From positions 23,312,001 to 23,376,000 of the forward strand of contig CM120646.1 of assembly GCA_051362555.1 (NCBI GenBank): a stretch of 64,000 bases of DNA. Reading direction: 5' to 3'. How positions within the stretch are numbered: the stretch's first letter is position 1; each line of letters opens with the position of its first letter. This stretch comes from Lingula anatina (taxonomy: Eukaryota; Animalia; Brachiopoda). A program made the position numbers and the translations under genes. Positions 1 to 13,639 of the stretch are shown in pieces. Below the pieces are notes generated by a model. That model was not told where the DNA came from. It was given only the letters and a program-made list of their open reading frames with translations, and did not search any database.

Positions 1-1190
1 CACACTTATTCCACAAAACTCAAGTGGCATCTAAACCAACGGTACGTTGATAACTGAGAGTCTACCCACACTGTCTAGAAACGTAAAAAGATGTTGTTTA
101 CAGAAAGTAACAAGCAGTACAACAAACTGTACATACCCTAATGCATTCCCGTATTGTAAGACAAGGTAAGACAGAAGTTGCAAACAATAAAAACATTCCC
201 GTACAGGCTGAAGAAAATAAATTTAAGTTTTCATAAAGGCTTGGTGATTTCTTATCCTGCTACTAACATTTGGCTGCGGTTTTTATTTATGTATACGTAA
301 GGTACTACCAGTATTTGTTTTTGTTTCTTATTTCGACATACGATGTAGGTTTGGTTTACTTATCTGTACTTATTACCCGGGTCCTTTTTAAAAGCATTCA
401 CAAAACAAGGCCGCTTTTATTAAATAGCCCGACTATCCTAAGTATTTTAACAATTTTGTCAATGTAACAAATTGTTCCTTGTATTAAATGTTATGGCCTT
501 CGGGATGAAAAAAATATATAAAATATTCTATAAGAAATCTCATGCTAAAATTATATTTTGACGAGTCATCAGAAGTTCTCTACAAACAATTTTGCTCAAA
601 TTTCGTTTGTGGGGTATGCAAGGAGTAGCTTGAATAACTCAAACAATCCGATATATTATTTCTTGACAACAGCGGTACGCCATTGTCTAAGAAATGGTCA
701 CTTTCAATTTATGTTAGCCCAAGGGGGTTTTGGGCGCCCAAGCAGTAAGAATGTTGAGTTCATTTTGATGGAAAATAGGACCCCCTTCAAATAATCCTGG
801 ATTCGCCCCTGCTTACTGTCCGTCAAGCCAAGACCAAATGAAATGGCGGAGGTAGTGCAGGTCCTCTGGACTGGTAAGCCTTTTGTGAAAAAAAAGGGTA
901 TAAAAGTACATCACATGTAAAGACCGATCGTTGGAAATAAATTACTTAGTTTGAACCTGAAGTCAGCACATTCCCTGTAGTGAGGGTCCTCGCATTTTCA
1001 GCATTTCCAAATTTTTCCTAAGGTCTGTTTTTATTAAAAATCATAAATGGTTTAAGCTGAGTTAACTTCGAAACAATTATTTGATATTTGCAGTAAAACA
1101 AAAGACGCAAGTTGTGCTCTGCTTATATCCGTTTTTTATTATTATTTAATTGGGGACATCGAAGCCTGGGAATTATATGGAAACATGGCA

Positions 1191-2161
1191 TTATACGATT
1201 TTTCCGTACATATCCACACTCTTAAAATTGTTGGATTTCACCCAAGATAAATTATTTGTAATCATTTCAATTTTGCTTAAAGCTCCGTTGCTGTCGGTAT
1301 CAATTTCAGAAAAAATGTTCGAATAAAACGAAGTACGAAAAATCTTGAGAAAATTGGCATACTCTGTCTTGTTTAGAGAGTCATTTTCATCTGCATCTAC
1401 CACCTCAAAGAACGTGAGGATCCATTTGACTTCAATAACCATGTGATCATTGTCTTCCATTTTCTCTCTAGTTTCACTCTCGGTTGAGATAAAGTCGTCT
1501 GCTGAAATGCTTTCTAAATGTTTGTCATTCATAAAACCCTCCCACCATTCCACCCAGTTTTCCTCCAAGAAAGCTTTAATTTTGTCCTCCTTCTCTTTGG
1601 ACTGCGTTATTGCTCAAACTCTGGCTGCAGTCATATTCATGAATTCGTTTTTATCCAGCTTTCCATCTCCGTTTACGTCCATGTGCCCAATGTAGGTTCC
1701 CCATTTAATTGCCCATATGTCACGTGGCATATCGACATCGCCAGAGACCTAAACGAGACGAAACTAACAATAAGTTTATTTTTTTCAGTCAGGAAACTGC
1801 TTCATATGGAATACAATTGGTTCACCCGCTCAAATAACATGTTTAACAAGACTTTACAAATCAAGCAAATTTTCATTGCGTGAAAAGATAAATTCCATTT
1901 TAATGTAATAATCTATTCATTAACGTTTGTAATAACTTTATCGGCGGTTTAAATGACATAGCTGTTAGCACGCATCTTTGCATGCCATTATGTATAACAC
2001 AAATGCAAATATCGTCGTTCTCAGACAAAAGAGATCTCTATAAAGTCGCTGTACCCTGTATATGTTGCGGTGTATACCTTATTATCCCGTATAACCAGTG
2101 TGGAACCACTGTCACTCATCAGTATGGCAGCTAATCCGGTTGTCAATAGAATGAAGAACAT
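1191..2161 (-). pseudogene. Secreted SCP/aequorin-fold EF-hand gene EF1 with an in-frame nonsense codon
   Basis: Coding exons 2161-2078 (MFFILLTTGLAAILMSDSGSTLVIRDNK, donor AAG|GTATAC) and 1748-1191 (acceptor TTTAG|GTC). EF loops DVNGDGKLDKNE, DADENDSLNKTE, DTDSNGALSKIE. TGA at 1616-1614 replaces the GGA of the ARVGAIT motif seen in the paralogs. Confidence 0.88.
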
Positions 2162-2639
2162 TATGGCTGGCTCCAGGCCTTTTATGTTTATAATAACTGT
2201 TGAAATAGTCGGATCTGAAAGAAATCACAGTTATTTAGTGACATATAAAATGATGTAACTCTTAATTTCTATGTTCGACAAATGACATTTCCTTATTAAA
2301 TTTTTAAACTAAGATTTGTTAATGACACATTTATATGACTTGGAAGCTCAACCTATAGTACAGTTCTTTAACATGTAAAGGGTGTCATTCCAAAATATTT
2401 CACACTGGGTAACTGAAATGACGCGACACTGGACCATGTGTTTATGTTAAGTTAATTTCTCAATCCCTCAAACCATCCATATTTGATCTGCCTCTTAGTA
2501 AAACTCTGATGATTGGAATAATTTAGTAGTGATATCACAACATGTTTCATAATGGTAAACATAGACTCGTTATTTAACTGATCGTGTTAGTGCATGAATA
2601 AAATAGACAGTTTTGACTACACCCATCCACAATCTATAG

Positions 2640-2800
2640 CAACAGGGAAATAAAATAATGATTTACCCTACCTTTGAGTCCTCCGGATTTCTCCCGACAC
2701 TGTCAATGAACACAAAATAAGTGAAATGTTGCGAAATATATGTTTGGTCTTGGAAGTGGTTTCGTCATATGAGGGTCGTTAGCATCATAAAGACAGCAGG
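2640..2800 (-). promoter_or_regulatory. Non-coding first exon and promoter module of EF1
   Basis: Donor-like site near 2665-2672 on the minus strand, TATA-like segment near 2735, ACCCTCAT at 2776-2769. Homologous modules lie upstream of the other EF genes. Confidence 0.55.
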
Positions 2801-2987
2801 TGTCTGTATATTATCACGGTCTGAAGTCACTTGCAAAAATATTAAATAATTCTGTCAGTGGTGTTAGATGTAGGTATTATTTATTGCTTTTTTTTTTACC
2901 TTTTTTTCTCCAAATTGAATTCCGCAACACTATAGCACGTGTTAAACGTAACATTTGTCTCTGCGAAATTAGTAGGAATTCTATTTG

Positions 2988-3023
<36 letters not shown>

Positions 3024-3249
3024 CAATACAAACTTTTAGATATATTGGATTTCTCCTCTTGAACAAGCAGTTGTAGTGTTTAAGTCTATGTATTTTTTAC
3101 ACCACCTGGAATGCCGAAGTACCTGTAAAATTATTGATATTGCAGACCATCCGAACTGGCAAGGTTTTTAATGAAAATACAATAAATGTAAATAAATCAC
3201 ATAGAAACATAGATAAACGGAACATAATGCTATACTTAGTTTGGACCAG

Positions 3250-3740
3250 CTTGTTAAGGGGTCAAACGCTGCATTTTGTAGTACAAATGTCTAACTTGGC
3301 ATAAATGTTCCTTGGGCCAAAAGAATTTTTTTATCCAAAGAGACGTGCTCTATCGATTCATAAATTAGCATAAATTATGCAAATTAGGTGCCAAAATATA
3401 TAATATTTCATATTTCCATTAATTTTTGGCCTAGAAACATGTATAGATTATCAAACCTGACTAAATTAGGGACAAGGAACCCATTTTTGATAATTTGGAA
3501 GCAATTGGTGGCCATTTTGTGCCTCAAATCCAAGATGGCCGCCACACGCCATTTTGAAAGTGGACATAATTTTGCTATTTTATGTTGAATTTTGAAGCGT
3601 TTGGTCTATATATACTTGATATATATATCGATTCCTACTATTTTGGGAGTGAAAAAGTCATTTTTGATATTGTTTTGGTGATAGAAGGTGATTTGAATGG
3701 ACATAGAGGGTGTTTTAAGTGCCTACCACACATGTGTGAA
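3250..3740. mobile_element. Probable DNA-transposon terminal fragment
   Basis: TCCAAGATGGCCGCC / GCCATTTTG subterminal-type motifs typical of invertebrate non-autonomous DNA elements. No transposase; boundaries approximate. Confidence 0.4.
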
Positions 3741-4149
3741 CGCTGCAAAACCATGGATATTGATAACCCGTATTCAAATATAACTCAATGCACCTTTTGC
3801 GATGATAATCTTGTCAGACCTGAAAGAAAACCGTCAGGAAGACAAAAAATATGTAATAATAATAAATAAATAAAATTCGTAAAGGACGGGTGACAAGTAT
3901 TAATATGTCTCACAGTAAGTAACGCAAAACTTGGTACAACCTTCTTTTCAAGTACTTATACTAGTCAAACGGGTGGGAAGATGTACATATACAAAGCTAA
4001 ATTAAAATTTTGTAGAGCTTATAATCGGAGCCTGGAGCACGGGATGTCAAAACACAAAGCCATCCTCATTTGCGCTGCCGCTTAGCAAAATTCCTGAAGA
4101 CTCGAGTAATATAGCAGTGATAATACAACATATGCTACTTAATGTTAAA

Positions 4150-4620
4150 TATAGACTCTCCAATCAATGGTCATGTTAGTATATAACATATGAAATGTAC
4201 ACGCTTTTTGACTATATACCTATCGTAATCTATAGCAGTTGGAAAGTAAAAAAAAAAGAGTTGTGATTTACCTTACGCTTGAGTCCTCGTGTTTTCTTCA
4301 AACACGGACAATGAGCATAAACATAAGTGAAACGTTACCTAATATTGTGTTATCGTCATATGAGGGTCATTAGCATAATTAATACAACAGGTGTCTGTAT
4401 GTAATCGAGGCTGAAGTCACTCACAAAACATCGTGTCAGTGGCTGTCAGAATAAGCATTTATTCTACAATTATTTTTATCTTTTTTCTACAAATTCATCT
4501 TCACATATACACATGTACAATGTAACATTGGTCTTGGTGAAATCGGTAGAAATGTAACTCTATCTGAACAAATAAAAACCTTCAATACAAAATATTTTGA
4601 AATATTGGATGTTTCATTTT
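4150..4620 (-). repeat. Orphan duplicate of the EF-gene promoter/first-exon module
   Basis: Direct diverged copy of ~2530-3060 (GTCATATGAGGGTCATTAGCAT at ~4355-4376, CAATACAAA...ATATTGGAT), with no coding exons of its own. Confidence 0.7.
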
Positions 4621-5464
4621 CATGTAGAAGATTTAGCAGTCTCCATGCTCCCACACACATATTCTGGGTGCAAAATAAGTTTGTAAAGAAAAGCTCAATA
4701 GAAATTTAAATATTTAGTTGAAAGAGGCCTAATGGTGAGATATTAATTTATACATTTGAATATAATATAAATAATATTTCTATGTATATATTATAATGGT
4801 TACTTAATTAATAAAATGTTAACATGTTTGATCACAGGAAGTAAATGCTAAGTTGAAGTAAATGCTGATGACCAAACAAAACCTGTGGTGATACTAGAAC
4901 TTTCAACTCCATGTCATTTAGCATTTAAATAGCGTCGTATGCTGAACAATCGGTTTCATTTTCCCTTGTCATAGTTTCACGGAAATGTTCTGAAATTACT
5001 GAAAATAAATGCAACACCTGTTGACATATGCCTCGTTTTATTCCGTGACCGTGATGAGCTATGTACAACATAACATTGGTCAATAAGGTTGTCCCACCTC
5101 CAATTTCATGCACTTTTATTTACAAATAACAGTATCCATGGTGTAAATCTCTTATCTTCTGGGTAGTTATCCTCTGTGTAAATTCGTGTTTCACAAATAA
5201 ACAGGCTAAAAGTAATCCATATTTGGAGACGACTCCCCATAATAAAATTGGTTGCTACACACATTGTAAAATTGCTGATAGTTGCTAACAAAAAAGTGAT
5301 CTTTACCATTTTTTGTAAAATAAATTTCTTACAATAAACAATATAAGTATATTTCAAGAGTGAGAATAGTTTTATTGGATCTCAGTTTTGATAGACAGAA
5401 AGTTTTCATTATGATAGATCCAGATATTTTCATGACACTCCAACGTTTTCCTTCCTCGTTGCAT

Positions 5465-6000
5465 TCATGCTTTTTCTCTGAAATTCATTTCACGTTTGGG
5501 ATTGAAACCTTTCCTTTGGCTTTTTTTCCCCCTTTTTTGGTCTTTTTTTTTGTTTTTGTTTTTGGATATCTTTCTTCCTGATTTTTTCATTTCCATTTGA
5601 CGTTTCACCTCGTTTATTGTCTTTTTAGGGTAATTGCATAGTTTTAACACCTCTTTTGTGATGTTTTCCTCTTCCATTCTGTCCTCTGGTTCAGTTACTA
5701 GTTCATCGATCTAACAATGATCTAACAATGTCCTTACCACTTCCAACTTGTGTGCTACTGGATGGTGGGGTGTGGAATCCAGATATTGGTTGGTGTGAGT
5801 TGGCTCTTTATACACTTTGGTTTTTATGGACCCATCTGCTCTGACTATAATGTCTGTATTCACGAATGCTATGTGGTTGTCCTTATTTTCTTCATTGGTG
5901 AATTCTATGCTGTTGGAGAGGACAATGCTATTCATTTGTTGGATTACTGCTGCTGTAGTACCCTTTGGTATTATTGCCAGGCCGTCATCCACATATCTGA
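5465..6000 (-). mobile_element. Degenerate Penelope-like retroelement RT fragment
   Basis: RYVDDG motif at ~6000-5981 followed by FTNEE...IKTKVYKEPTHTNQYL...HHPVAHKLEVVRTL, the RT C-terminal/thumb signature of Penelope-like elements. Interrupted by a stop. Confidence 0.8.
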
Positions 6001-6218
6001 GCCGTAGTGCTGATATGGGTTATATATGAAATCAAAATCGAGCTGGCAAAACTGAAATCTAGAACCAAGGGTAAAAATGGTATAAAGTGTTGATAAAGTG
6101 GATTTGGAGAAAAAGAAAAAAAGATAGAATACAGGGTTAATACCTACATCTACATGTAACAACCAGAGACGCACGAATTATGGAATGATGTTTTGTCAGT
6201 GAATTCAGACCGCAATTA

Positions 6219-6535
6219 TAGGCCTACCCAACTACCAGACTCGGCACCGAATGATCCTGAATTCACCGGTAGATCAGACCACACTACCCGTTTTCAAGGT
6301 GTGTATCAGTACGCATTTCACAGTATCAGACGCGACACCGCTCTTGCCTAGTACGCGATGTGATAGTGACGATTCTCAGCGGGTTTGAAAAGTATTGCAT
6401 CACCACTCAAAATTTGTTCGGGGTATGATACTGTGAAATGAGTACTGACTCACACCTTGAAAACGGGTAGTGTGGTCTGATCTACCGGTGAATTCAGGAT
6501 CATTCGGTGCCGAGTCTGGTAGTTGGGTAGGCCTG
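6219..6535. mobile_element. MITE with ~110 bp terminal inverted repeats and 5-bp TSD
   Basis: AGGCCTACCCAACTACCAGACTCGGCACCGAATGATCC... and its reverse complement at the other end. AATTA on both flanks (6214-6218, 6536-6540). The paralogous site near 28870-28880 is empty. Confidence 0.9.
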
Positions 6536-6540
6536 AATTA

Positions 6541-6700
6541 CATACAGACACCTGATGCCCTTATTATGCTAATAACCCTCATGTGATGATACCACTTCAA
6601 AGGCCATACATATATTGAGCAACATCTCCGTGTTTGTGTTCATTGATTGTGCCAGGGGAAAACCGGAGGACGCAAACATAGGGTAAATCATTTTTTTATA
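6541..6700 (+). promoter_or_regulatory. Promoter and non-coding first exon module of EF2a
   Basis: ATGCTAAT 6566-6573, ACCCTCAT 6575-6582, TATA-like CATATATT, donor-like GGTAAAT near 6682. Inverted homolog of the 2640-2800 and 27600-27745 modules. Confidence 0.55.
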
Positions 6701-7146
6701 ATTTCCCTGTTGCTATAGATTATGGACAGGTGCAGTCTAAATTGTGTCTATTCCATATGCATATTTACAAACAGTCTATATTTAACGTTATGAAATGTGT
6801 TGTAATATCACTGCTAAATTACTCCAGCCTTTTGGTTGTTTATATTGCATTGCTGGCTCCAAACACATATCTGTTGACGACATCTGCAATGTCTTACTTT
6901 ACAATGCTCGTTTGGCTTTTTAATCCATTGAATTCATTTTTTTAACGCACCATACGGAGTATGTGTACCAAACTACGTCTTTTAATTCTTGGCGTACTCA
7001 GTTTTCTCTCTTTCCTCGAAATTAAATCAATCAGTAATTGCTTAGTGTAAAATTCACATTATATTGTTAATGGTGCAAAGACAGGTATACGTATGTTTGC
7101 TGTGAACCTATAGTGCTCATAAAGCAGTAAATTTTCAAATTATTAA

Positions 7147-7251
7147 CACAGCGGGCAAATTATATTGTTTAAACGTTGAAACAACGTTGAACCATAACGT
7201 TGAGAAGACATTGTATAAACGTTGGATTTGAAAGTTGTGTCAACCTTAGAT

Positions 7252-7307
<56 letters not shown>

Positions 7308-7741
7308 CAAATTCACAGTCACCTCAGCCTGTCTATCTATAATAGCAGGTTACCAAGAACTGTTAACTCCATCACATTTACAGCAACTTTTCATCCTAGT
7401 GTTAGCTGACCTTGCAAGGAATTCAGTTTATTGGAATGTATTTCTAAATAACAAGTTAAGAAAATTCACTAGTTAACTAAAGACACAAAACAACTGTCAC
7501 TTTTACTTTAAAACCGTTTTGTTATTATTTGATAAATTTAGTTACAGTATTGATAAACAAAGTATCATGTTTCAATAATTAATATATTTAATTACAATCC
7601 ATAACTGCAAGGTTGTGTCATTGACCAAAATATAACGTTGAGTCAACGTGGCTGGATCAACGTTGATTTTACCTTGAATTTAGGTAGATCAACGTATCAA
7701 CCTGTTTTCAACGTTGATCCAACGCAACTATGCCTGCTGGG
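7147..7741. mobile_element. Non-autonomous DNA transposon with AACGTT subterminal repeats and internal (TA)n
   Basis: Termini CACAGCGGGCA / TGCCTGCTGGG, TAA on both flanks, repeated CAACGTTG palindromes near both ends. Absent from the paralogous site near 29515. Confidence 0.75.
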
Positions 7742-8561
7742 TAACATTAATCTGATACTTTTTAAATCTATTATTTTGTACCAATCGTGTCATTTTTTAT
7801 GACACGATTCTATGCAATCCACTCGTACATTGGTTTTATTTCAATGTAGTGTGTATATGTGTGTTTCAGGAATGTATGATAACCGGTCTAAGGTGCAGTG
7901 GGCCTCAGCATGGGTTCACTGGACCACCATCAAAAAGTATATATGTGTGTGTGTGCAGCTTTTATTTTTACATGAATTATGTTCCAAATTATGACTGAAA
8001 AAGCAGTAGTAGCGCTTTTCGACGTTTATTTTAACCATTTCAAACAAATGTACTGTAAATTCAATACATAGTAAGTCAAAACTACCATAAACCCAGTCAA
8101 GATTCCATCTGACGTGATGGAAAACCTCCCTGCTATTTTTTCCACCTATCCAAATAAGTTTTGTTTTATGTTTATTTGTTATTTGTTATATTTTGCACCT
8201 ATCCAAATAAGTTTTGTTTATGTTAATTTGTTAGTAAACCCGATATTTTTTAAAATAGGCTTAGTGTATAAAAAGATGCCCAAAACGAGGATCCACTGCT
8301 GTTGAGAAAAAGAGTGGTGTCACTGGCATATTGCGAAATTTTACATTCAGTGTTCCCTACACACAATGGGAAACAGAAGTGTCACCCCTACTGAACCAAA
8401 ACTTTGTGGGGATAAATGACTGTGGAATGATATGCTCCTGGAATCATTTTATTAACATAAAATTCCACAAAAAGTAAAAAAATTTAGACCAGGCATTATA
8501 AATTCTCAAGATATGCCTACTTTGATTATTGATTACTTGATTATTATTTGATTACTATGAT

Positions 8562-8762
8562 TCAGTGGGTGACACTTCCAATGTCCATTGTGTATATTTT
8601 TATACCTGTTATTTCTTTATAAGTTTTAATAAAAATTGAGAGCATTTCGGTACACAAAAGAAAAATGTATGGGGAGAGTGGGTCACCCTGGCGACAACCC
8701 TTCGAAATTTTAAAATAATCGGATAAATGAGCAATTCTGACTGACTGAGGCATTACAATCAA
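8562..8762 (-). mobile_element. L1/Tx1-type reverse transcriptase relic in EF2a intron 1
   Basis: FKISKGCRQGDPLSPYIFLLCTEMLS is the RT domain-4 motif of L1/Tx1 LINEs. Confidence 0.8.
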
Positions 8763-9115
8763 AATTTAATATTTTAAACCATTTCTGCGCCTTCCCCCGT
8801 CTTTGTCAGTAAAGATCTCTGGGCCCAAATGTAAATAGCCCTCTGCACCCTTAGGTTGAACCACAGGGGACCGCAGTCCAAGGTCTCCACACTCTCAAAA
8901 CTGATGGAGTGATCAAGTGCCTCAACGTTCATGTGTTGAAACGCATCCTCAGACTATCCAGTGAGCTGCTGTATATAGGCCCGCTGATTAATTAGATTAA
9001 TTGGGGAATGTGAGATGGTTTTGTGAGCTTCCGTAACAAAGGTTTTAAATGATATCTTTCAAATCTTATATCTTTCAGAATATAACCGCCGTAAGAAAAC
9101 CTACACCCAACCAAG

Positions 9116-10090
9116 ATGTTCTGCAGTCTATTGATAACTGTGTTTGCTGTCATGTTGACGAGTGGCGTTGGTTCCACACTGGTTATACGGGATAAAAAGG
9201 TATCAAAATTACCTGTGCTGACTTACCAAAGTTTTTCTTTACCTATTGAAATCTTTCTCGGATAAGGCTCGAAAAAATTCGTTCTCGTGTATGTGATATT
9301 TGTTGTTTGAAAAAAAATTCCAATTTGACTTAACGAATGTTAAAATTTTAAGGTCGGAATTTGCAGTTTAGGATCACGCTTATAACCTCTTCCGGTGAAC
9401 AGTGATGCCTAAAGAGTCGACTACTTAGACATATAAACACAAAAACAAAATATTCATAACAGACGAAAAGCATGGGAACATTAACAACGTAGAAAGTTGA
9501 TAGAACCTGAATCATAAGATAATTAATGCCTCTTAAAGGTTCAAGAAGAGCCACCAAGTGATGTTTGGGCAGCCAAATGGAGACATGTCATAGAAGATCT
9601 CGACGTTAATGGAGATGGAAAAATGGATGAAGACGAATTTGTTACTGATATTGCTGCGAGGGTAGGAGCTATAACAATGTCCACTAAAAAAGAGAAAGAA
9701 ACCAAAGTATATTTGAAGGGAATATGGGACAAGTGGTGGAAAGGTCTTATGAATGACGACAATTTAGAAAGTATTTCAGCTGAAAACTTGATCTCAGCCA
9801 AGACAGAAATCCAAGCTAAAATGGTTCATAACCAATACCTGGATATGGACGTTAAATGGGCTATCACGTTCTTTGAACTGGTGGATGCAAACGGAGATGA
9901 CATTCTTGTTAGTGATGAGTTTGCCAATTTTCTCAAGATTTTCCGTACTCCATTTTCTCCAGAGATTTTCTCTGAAGTAGATATCAACAGCAACGGTGCT
10001 ATAAGTAGGAATGAAATGGTCATAAACCATTTGTCTTTCATTAGTGGCAACGGTAAGTTAGGGGCGGATTTTTATGGTAAAATAGAGTGA
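9116..10090 (+). CDS. Secreted SCP/aequorin-fold EF-hand protein EF2a (211 aa)
   Basis: Exons 9116-9199 (MFCSLLITVFAVMLTSGVGSTLVIRDKK, donor AAG|GTATC) and 9539-10090 (acceptor TAAAG|GTT). Phase 0, no stops. EF loops DVNGDGKMDEDE, DANGDDILVSDE, DINSNGAISRNE; degenerate second EF; C-terminal FYG. Confidence 0.92.
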
Positions 10091-13000
10091 TCCAATCGCA
10101 GGAGGTAAGGGGAGCATAGGGGAAGGACCCTTTGAATGACCCTTGGCCTTTTCCAGCGACATTTAAACGACTGAACACTTTTATCAGCAAAAGACTCTAT
10201 TTTGAAATTAGCCGAAGCCAAAAGTAAAATTGCCGATTCCATTCATTTTCAAGGATAAAAAGAGAAAGGCAAAAAATAATTAATTAATAATAATTATTAT
10301 GAAACAGAAGGAAAGACAGACAGGGTGGTAATTGAAGGAGAGTATAGCTTTTGCTTTATTTTTGGTTTTCGGTTTGCCGACAAATATTCGGCGACTTTTG
10401 TTTTCGAATCAATATACCCATTCATTTAATAAAACATAATAAGTTGAAAATCTGTGTAATAACTTGCTATATTATTAAGGATGTTGTGTGACGCAGAGAT
10501 TAAGTATGATGTTCTATTTTGGAATACGTTACAGGTTACCTAGCTAATATTTCAACTGAGGGGGTACAACACTTTGTGAAAATACGAAACACTGACAAGA
10601 TCAAATTCGGATATCCTGTTGATTCCTTGCTTAATTGAACCCTTTCAGAATCAAAATATTCGATCACGGGACTCGCTTGTATTCGCAAGGGATAAAAGCA
10701 ATACATGCAATAAATATGTATTTTTCACTAACTGAAAAAGAAAATGCAGGGCACCGGAAAAGATAATGATCTCTGAAAATGACTGTTGTTCACGACATCT
10801 GTTTACCGGAAACAATGCAGACTTCGTGTGTTTTACTTTTCCGCCATTATACGGGCACTGTCTCTTGCATCAGACTCAACGTGACTTTTTACTAACTAAT
10901 ACACCACATAATATAGGCATAGACTGACAGGTACACTGGTAGATCGAAGTTTTGTTTCGAGAGAGGGGGTTTGTGGTGGTGAAAACGATTAAATTTCTCA
11001 ACGTCCGGCAAATCTTACGACTCTCCCGTGAAACATAAGGCACAGGGGTGGAAATATCCCTTGGTTTTGTCTCGTTTTGCTTGATATACATTTACGTATA
11101 AAGGGGGGGGGGGAGGTAGGGGACTATGATGGCTAATATCTTGGAAACACGTTCCTTTTTTTCTTGAACTTTTATTGAACCAACAACAGTTAAACACGTT
11201 CTGATACAGTATCAAAGGGAAATAAGGTAGAAATAAATATACAAAATAAAATTTGAAATGGACTTATTCTGATCTTGTTACTTGAGAAATAAGGCCACAT
11301 GCTTTACATTTCTTTACACGACAAACTCACTTATATAATGACTGCATGTTAAACTATCAACGCATTAATAAATGATTACCAAGCTTAAAAGAACAATGAT
11401 AGCTGCAGAAAATACGATATAATAAACATAGGCTAGCAACTCATTAGGACTTCTCTAGCCTCTTGAACTTGTAACAGTTTACATGAACTTCCGGGGTCTT
11501 ATATCGTCTTGAACATACGTACCAGTACATACACTGATAATTTTGACTGCTGGCACTGTACTAATTTAATTTTTAATAAATTAAAATTGAACAGAACTGC
11601 ATGCAATGGTATTGCTAACTGGGATGGGGATGGATAAACTCACTCCGGGTCGGATCCAGGATTATTTGAAAGGGGAAAGGTTCCGCGGATGCTTGGCGTG
11701 GGGTTCGGGAACGGTGTCATTTTGTACTATAATTCAGCTAGTCAAAGTTTTAATTTCAAGAAGGGACCAGAAATCGAAGGGGGGGTCAGAACCACCCGGA
11801 GGCGTGTATTTTTAAGATAAGGATTCCCTTAATTTATTCTTTCTCAATTGCGTTTTTGAAGATTTAAAGCAAAATTTCACTCTTTAAGATAGCAAATTAA
11901 CCGCGCGCGCGCGCGTGTGTGTGTGTAAGAGAGAGAGAGAGAGAGAGAGAGTGTGTGTTTTTGTGGGGGTCTATAAGATAAAGAATGGATCATTTTATCA
12001 ATTTGATATAACCAAAATTTTCCAATATTTGGTTCGAACTGCGAAATACAGCGAGAGAGCGAGAAGGGAGGCATGCACGATGACTGTGGTTATGAGAGAA
12101 TCATCATGCAAGCTTCCCAATGCACCTTTGGCAAGGGTCAAAGCCTCTTTAAATGTGATAGCAGGACCAGCCCTTAATTTGAAGTCATCAGAATATATGA
12201 CGTAAAATATTATTTTTAATAATGGTGTATTGTTGAAAATGGTCACAGTGTATTTTCACGATGGATAAAAGCAACTTCGACACTAACAGTACATATTCGC
12301 GACAAAAAAGGCAACTAACAAGCTGATGGTGCAGGAAAGGGAGAATAAACAAAAAGTACTTAATTGCGCAAAAACGTATTGAATGGGTTTTAACGACCAT
12401 TATACTGCAGATAATTGCAAATATTACATCAAAGCTCGCCGAACAAAGGGCATCATTTTATAACTAAAAACCACCAATCTTGCTGAACATACAAACCTAG
12501 CTGCCAAAAACCTTTGAACCAGGTGAATATATTTATGTGCGACCACTTAAATGAAAATAAGGAAAAATATTTATAATAAATAAATAAAAATAAAATAAAT
12601 TAAAAAAAAAAACAAAACATCAAAACTATCCAGAACAAAAGACACGGAGGAAGCATATTATTCCTGAAGTCTGTCTTTCGTAATTGAAAAAGGTGGCTTT
12701 GTTTTTAAAATAGCATATTTTGATTTCAGACAGCAAAGATGATCAGTTACTTTCTATTATTGTTTATTGCCAAGAGTTACATGCAGTTATAGCGCAATTA
12801 GAGGATAGGAGAGGCAATTAAGACGCTTTGGGTTTTTTATTGCGTGTGTGACGACTTAAATGAAAAATGGACAAATGGAACGTCCAAGTGTCCTTTCTTT
12901 CTACAAACGCTATAAATCATCTAACCAGACACACCATATCTAGCGGCAATCTTGGGGAAATCTACACGGCATACTCTCCTCCATCAGAGTAGCAATTTCT

Positions 13001-13639
13001 TTTCTTCCTTCACTGCCAGCTCCTGTACGTTCACCATGGTAGGAATTTGACAGCCAGACGTATGTTTCACCTTTAATGACACACTTTATATCGTTAATAA
13101 TGGATGAAAATCCTTCACTGGTTACACGAGCAATAAACCGCGAGTCACTTTTTACGCCCAGGTCCCCCATGTTAAATAGTGTAGTTTTTACATTTTTGCA
13201 TTCCTTTTGTCACCCCCTGTAGAATGAACACGAAATACGTGAAATGTTATTTTAATGTTAGTGAATTGCTAGGAGTATCACAGTACGCATTCACATTTGA
13301 AAAGACATCTAACACACTCTTGGTGCAGAAAAGAGAGAATAAAACAAAAATACCTAATTGCGAAAAACGTATTGAATGGGGGTTTGCGACCACTAAATTA
13401 CACATTATGCAAATAATGCATCAATGCTTTCCGAACAAAAGGCATCATTTATAGACAAAAATCCACTTTTATACTTTTAAAAATAGAGACTTGGTTTGCA
13501 AAACCACCAATCATGTGTAGGGACAAGAACGTGACATAATTATTTTCGATAGTCATTTATTGCTCAGAATAGTAATAGTACATATCCACCGCTGAAAAAA
13601 TCGACTGAGACACTCTTGGAGCAGAAAAAGGAGAACACA

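Noticed and set aside
1614-1616. In-frame TGA as selenocysteine (also 15782-15784)
   Set aside because: Both align to Gly (GGA), not Cys, in paralogs, occur at different positions, and I see no SECIS-like element; single-base nonsense changes are simpler.
9116-10090. Calling the EF proteins functional photoproteins or calmodulin
   Set aside because: The photoprotein triads are incomplete, and the inter-EF spacing with a dead second EF does not fit calmodulin.
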